A program made the position numbers and the translations under genes. A stretch of DNA of 64,000 nucleotides from Anaeromyxobacteraceae bacterium (GTDB taxonomy: Bacteria > Myxococcota > Myxococcia > Myxococcales > Anaeromyxobacteraceae), in contig JAULAX010000014.1 in assembly GCA_032654565.1 (NCBI GenBank), positions 32,001 to 96,000 on the forward strand. Reading direction: 5' to 3'. The first letter of the stretch is position 1, and each line of letters begins with the position of its first letter. The notes under the pieces are model-generated. The model saw nothing but the letters and a program-made list of their open reading frames with translations. It was not told the origin of the DNA and ran no database searches. This document shows, in pieces, positions 60,319 through 64,000 of this stretch.

Positions 60319-61089
60319 ATGCTCGATGTTCGCGGCATCATCCTGCACTTCCGAGGCGTGGCTGCCCTCTCGGACGTGAGCTTCAAGGTCCGGCCCAGGG
60401 CCATCCACGCCATCATCGGCCCCAACGGGGCTGGCAAGACCAGCCTGCTCAACTGCATCTCCGGCGTCTACCGGCCGCAGCACGGCTCCATCCACTTCGA
60501 CGGCCAGGACATCTCCCGGCTCTCCCCGTCGGCGCGCACCAAGCTGGGCATCGCCCGAACCTTCCAGAACATCGCCCTCTTCAAGGGCATGTCGGTGCTC
60601 GACAACCTGCTCATCGGCCGCCACGTCCACCAGAAGACCGGGGTGCTGGGCGGCGGGATCTACTGGGGATTCGGCCAGCGCGAGGAGATCGAGCACCGCG
60701 CCCTGGTCGAGGACATCATCGACTTCCTGGAGATCCAGCACATCCGCAAGAAGGTGGTGGGCACGCTCGCCTACGGCCTGCAGAAGCGGGTGGAGCTGGC
60801 CCGGGCGCTGGCGCTGGCCCCTCGCCTGCTCCTCCTCGACGAGCCCATGGCCGGGATGAACGCCGAGGAGAAGGAGGACATGGCCCGCTTCGTCGTCGAG
60901 ACCGCCGAGGAGCGCGGCACCACCATCCTCATGATCGAGCACGACATGGGGGTGGTGATGGACCTCTCCAGCCAGGTCACCGTGCTCAACTTCGGCGAGA
61001 AGATCGCCGACGGCCCGCCCGAGGAGGTCCAGGGCAGCGCCGCGGTGCAGGAAGCCTACCTGGGCGAACCCTCCGAACTCTCCGCCTGA
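60319..61089 (+). CDS. Liv-type ABC ATPase
   Basis: GPNGAGKTS, LAYG, DEPMAG and IEHDM. Confidence 0.92.
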   Translation: MLDVRGIILHFRGVAALSDVSFKVRPRAIHAIIGPNGAGKTSLLNCISGVYRPQHGSIHFDGQDISRLSPSARTKLGIARTFQNIALFKGMSVLDNLLIGRHVHQKTGVLGGGIYWGFGQREEIEHRALVEDIIDFLEIQHIRKKVVGTLAYGLQKRVELARALALAPRLLLLDEPMAGMNAEEKEDMARFVVETAEERGTTILMIEHDMGVVMDLSSQVTVLNFGEKIADGPPEEVQGSAAVQEAYLGEPSELSA

Positions 61090-61106
61090 CCCCCGACGGG
61101 ACCACC

Positions 61107-63035
61107 GTGAGCTCACTCGACCGCCTCGGCCACGACGACACCTTTCCGAAGCTGCTGGTCCGCAACGCGCGGACCATGCCGGACAAGGTGGCGCTGCGCG
61201 AGAAGGAGTTCGGCATCTGGCAGTCGTTCACCTGGCGCGACTACCACGACCACGTCCGCGACTTCTCGCTGGGGCTGGTGGCGCTGGGGCTGAAGCCCGG
61301 CGAGAACGTCGCCATCATCGGCGAGAACCGGCCGGAGTGGGTGATGAGCGAGATCGCCGCGCAGGCCTGCGGCGCCGCCTCGGTGGGGCTCTACCAGGAC
61401 TCCAACCTCGCCGACGTGGCCTTCGTCATCGACCACTGCGACGCCTCGGTGGTGGTGGCGGAGGACCAGGAGCAGGTCGACAAGATCCTCGACCTGCTGG
61501 AGAAGCTCCCCAAGGTCCGCTGGGTGGTCTTCACCGACCCGCGCGGGCTGCGCAAGTACCAGCACGAGAAGCTCATCTCCTTCACCGACGTCGAGGCCCG
61601 CGGCCGGGCCCTGGACACCGAGCAGCCCGGGCTCTGGGACGCCAACGTGGCCCGCGGCAAGGTCTCCGACCTGGCCATCATCTCCTACACCTCCGGGACC
61701 ACCGGCTTCCCCAAGGGGGCCATGCTCTCCTTCAGCAACCTGCTGGGGATGGCCATGAACCTGCACGCCGTGGACGAGAAGCGCCCCGGCGACGAGTTCG
61801 TCAGCTTCCTGCCGCTGGCCTGGATCGGCGAGCAGATGATGTCGCTCTCCAGCGCCCTGGCCATCGGCTTCACGGTGAACTTCCCCGAGGAGACCGAGAC
61901 CACCGCCGAGAACATCCGCGAGATCGGCCCGCACGTCATGTTCGCGCCGCCCCGCTTCTGGGAGTCGATGACCTCCACCGTGCAGGTGAAGATCATGGAC
62001 ACCACGCCGTTCAAGCGGTTCATGTTCAACCTCTGCATGCCCATCGGGCGCAAGGTCGCCGACCTGCGCTTCGAGAAGAAGCCCATCCCCTTCCGCCTCC
62101 GGGTGCTCTACCGGCTGGCCTACTGGGGGCTCTTCCGCGCCCTGCGCGACCGGCTCGGCTTCACCTACATCCGCAGCGCCTCCACCGGCGGCGCCGCCCT
62201 CGGCCCCGACGTCTTCGGCTTCTTCCACGCCATGGGCGTGCGCTTGAAGCAGATCTACGGCCAGACCGAGATCTCCGGGATCAGCTGCATCCACCGCGAC
62301 GAGGACATCCAGTCGCACACCGTCGGCATCCCCATCCCCGAGACCGAGGTGCGCATCTCCGCCGACGGCGAGATCCTCTCGCGCAGCCCGTCGGTCTTCA
62401 TGGGCTACTACAAGAACCCGGAGGCCACCGCCAAGACCGTGGTCGACGGCTGGCTCCACTCCGGCGACGCCGGCTACCTGGCGCCCGACGGCCAGCTGGT
62501 GGTGATCGACCGGCTCAAGGACGTGATGAAGCTGGCCGACGGGACCCAGTTCTCGCCCCAGTTCATCGAGAACCGGCTCAAGTTCTCCCCCTACGTCAAG
62601 GAGGCGGTGGTCATCGGCCACCACCGGCCCTTCCTCACCGCCATGCTCTGCATCGACATGGGCGTGGTGGGCAAGTGGGCCGAGAAGAACCGCATCTCCT
62701 ACACCACCTACACCGATCTCTCCTCCAAGCCGCAGGTCTACGACCTGCTGCAGCGCGAGGTGGACCTGGTCAACGAGAAGCTCCCCGACGCCGCCCGCAT
62801 CGCCAAGTTCGTCCTGCTCTACAAGGAGCTCGACGCCGACGACGAGGAGTTGACCCGCACCCGCAAGGTCCGGCGCGGCTTCGTCGAGGAGCGCTACGCC
62901 GAGGTCATCTCCGCCCTCTACGGCGAGGCCCCCGAGGTGGCCATCGACACCACCATCAAGTTCCAGGACGGCAAGACCACCCGCATCCGCACCACGCTGC
63001 TGGTGCGCAAGCTCTCCATGGGAAAGGTGGCCTAG
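61107..63035 (+). CDS. Long-chain acyl-CoA synthetase (AMP-binding) inside an ABC operon
   Basis: YTSGTTGFPKG, YGQTE, HSGDAG and ELTRTRKVRR. Confidence 0.92.
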   Translation: MSSLDRLGHDDTFPKLLVRNARTMPDKVALREKEFGIWQSFTWRDYHDHVRDFSLGLVALGLKPGENVAIIGENRPEWVMSEIAAQACGAASVGLYQDSNLADVAFVIDHCDASVVVAEDQEQVDKILDLLEKLPKVRWVVFTDPRGLRKYQHEKLISFTDVEARGRALDTEQPGLWDANVARGKVSDLAIISYTSGTTGFPKGAMLSFSNLLGMAMNLHAVDEKRPGDEFVSFLPLAWIGEQMMSLSSALAIGFTVNFPEETETTAENIREIGPHVMFAPPRFWESMTSTVQVKIMDTTPFKRFMFNLCMPIGRKVADLRFEKKPIPFRLRVLYRLAYWGLFRALRDRLGFTYIRSASTGGAALGPDVFGFFHAMGVRLKQIYGQTEISGISCIHRDEDIQSHTVGIPIPETEVRISADGEILSRSPSVFMGYYKNPEATAKTVVDGWLHSGDAGYLAPDGQLVVIDRLKDVMKLADGTQFSPQFIENRLKFSPYVKEAVVIGHHRPFLTAMLCIDMGVVGKWAEKNRISYTTYTDLSSKPQVYDLLQREVDLVNEKLPDAARIAKFVLLYKELDADDEELTRTRKVRRGFVEERYAEVISALYGEAPEVAIDTTIKFQDGKTTRIRTTLLVRKLSMGKVA

Positions 63036-63039
63036 CCCC

Positions 63040-63927
63040 ATGGAATTCTTCCTGCAGCTGGTGGTGAGCGGCCTGGTGATCGGCTCCATCTACGCGCTGG
63101 TCGGGCTGGGCTTCGTCATCATCTACAAGTCCTCCTCGATCCTGAACTTCGCGCAGGGCGAGTTCCTCATGCTCGGCTCCTACGTCTGCGTGGCCATCTT
63201 CAGCACCCACAAGGTCCCCTTCGTGGCCGCCTTCCTCATCACCCTCGGCTTCTCGGCGCTGCTCGGGGTGCTCATGGAGCGGCTGCTGCTGCGCCCCATG
63301 ATCGGCGAGCCGGTCATCTCGGTGATCATGCTGACCCTGGGGCTCTCCTCGGTCTTGAAGGCCGTGGTGCAGGGGATCTGGGGCACCGACACCCGCCCCT
63401 ACCCGGAGATCTTCCCCACCACCCCGGTGATGGTCGGCCCGCTGCCGGTCTCGCAGGGGTACCTCTACAGCGTGGCCTGCGTGGCGGTGCTGCTGACCCT
63501 GTTCTCGGTCTTCTTCAAGTACTCGCGCGCCGGCATCGCCATGCGGGCCACCGCCTTCTCGCAGCAGGTGGCCATGTCGATGGGCATCTCGGTGAAGGCC
63601 ATCTTCGCCCTGGCCTGGTCGATCGCCGCCGTGGTCTCGGCGGTGGGCGGGGTGCTGCTGGGCGGCATCCGCGGCGGCGTCGACGGGGCCTTCGCCCTCT
63701 TTGGCTTGAAGGTGATCCCGGTGGTGATCCTGGGAGGGCTGGACAGCGTGCTCGGGGCCATCGTCGGCGGCCTGGTGATGGGGGTGCTGGAGAACCTCTC
63801 CGGCGGCTACCTCGACCCGCTCATGGGCGGCGGCGTCAAGGAGGTGGCCCCCTTCATCGCCCTGGTGGCCATCCTCTCGGTGAAGCCCTACGGGTTGTTC
63901 GGCAAGGTCAAGATCGAGCGGGTCTAG
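63040..63927 (+). CDS. Liv-type ABC permease
   Basis: GSIYALVGLG...NFAQGE and KPYGLFG. Confidence 0.9.
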   Translation: MEFFLQLVVSGLVIGSIYALVGLGFVIIYKSSSILNFAQGEFLMLGSYVCVAIFSTHKVPFVAAFLITLGFSALLGVLMERLLLRPMIGEPVISVIMLTLGLSSVLKAVVQGIWGTDTRPYPEIFPTTPVMVGPLPVSQGYLYSVACVAVLLTLFSVFFKYSRAGIAMRATAFSQQVAMSMGISVKAIFALAWSIAAVVSAVGGVLLGGIRGGVDGAFALFGLKVIPVVILGGLDSVLGAIVGGLVMGVLENLSGGYLDPLMGGGVKEVAPFIALVAILSVKPYGLFGKVKIERV

Positions 63928-63934
63928 GAGAGCC

Positions 63935-64000
63935 ATGCGCTGTGGAGACTTCAGGGAGACGTACGCCGAGGACATGGCCCTCTTCGAGACCGCCTTTGCC
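63935..64000 (+). CDS. Probable second ABC permease (5' fragment, runs off the window)
   Basis: AGGAG RBS; MRCGDFRETYAEDMALFET start; operon position. Confidence 0.6.
   Translation, partial: MRCGDFRETYAEDMALFETAFA

Overview
Very GC-rich bacterial chromosome window; gene content and style suggest an Anaeromyxobacter-like myxobacterium (inference). 1-17 kb is mostly core genome: patatin, a Fic protein lacking its catalytic His, nfo, DHH phosphoesterase, Ser/Thr kinase with a TPR protein, 6S RNA-ygfA-ymdB-corC, tyrS, an inserted DUF222-like HNH gene, orphan ParB-like gene, rlmE, ferredoxin, ThDP enzyme and aldo/keto reductase. At tRNA-Pro(GGG) (17091-17164) an integrase-less island of about 10.7 kb begins. 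It is closed by an exact 42-bp copy of the tRNA 3' half (27887-27928). It encodes a 12-blade Kelch-like lipoprotein with a near-identical framework and hypervariable loops, its partner gene, and a 1611-aa HExxH lipoprotein. A second, decayed accessory tract follows (IS66, cupin, S41 peptidase, hydrolase, gene fragments). Next is a lipid/ester locus: TetR, a FabH-like enzyme with a non-canonical active site, acyl-CoA ligase, lipoprotein, putative outer-membrane barrel, hydrolases, SDR and a Liv-type ABC transporter. The window ends with a Kelch lipoprotein plus giant multicopper oxidase pair and a second ABC/acyl-CoA ligase operon. All calls come from reading motifs by eye; no searches were run.
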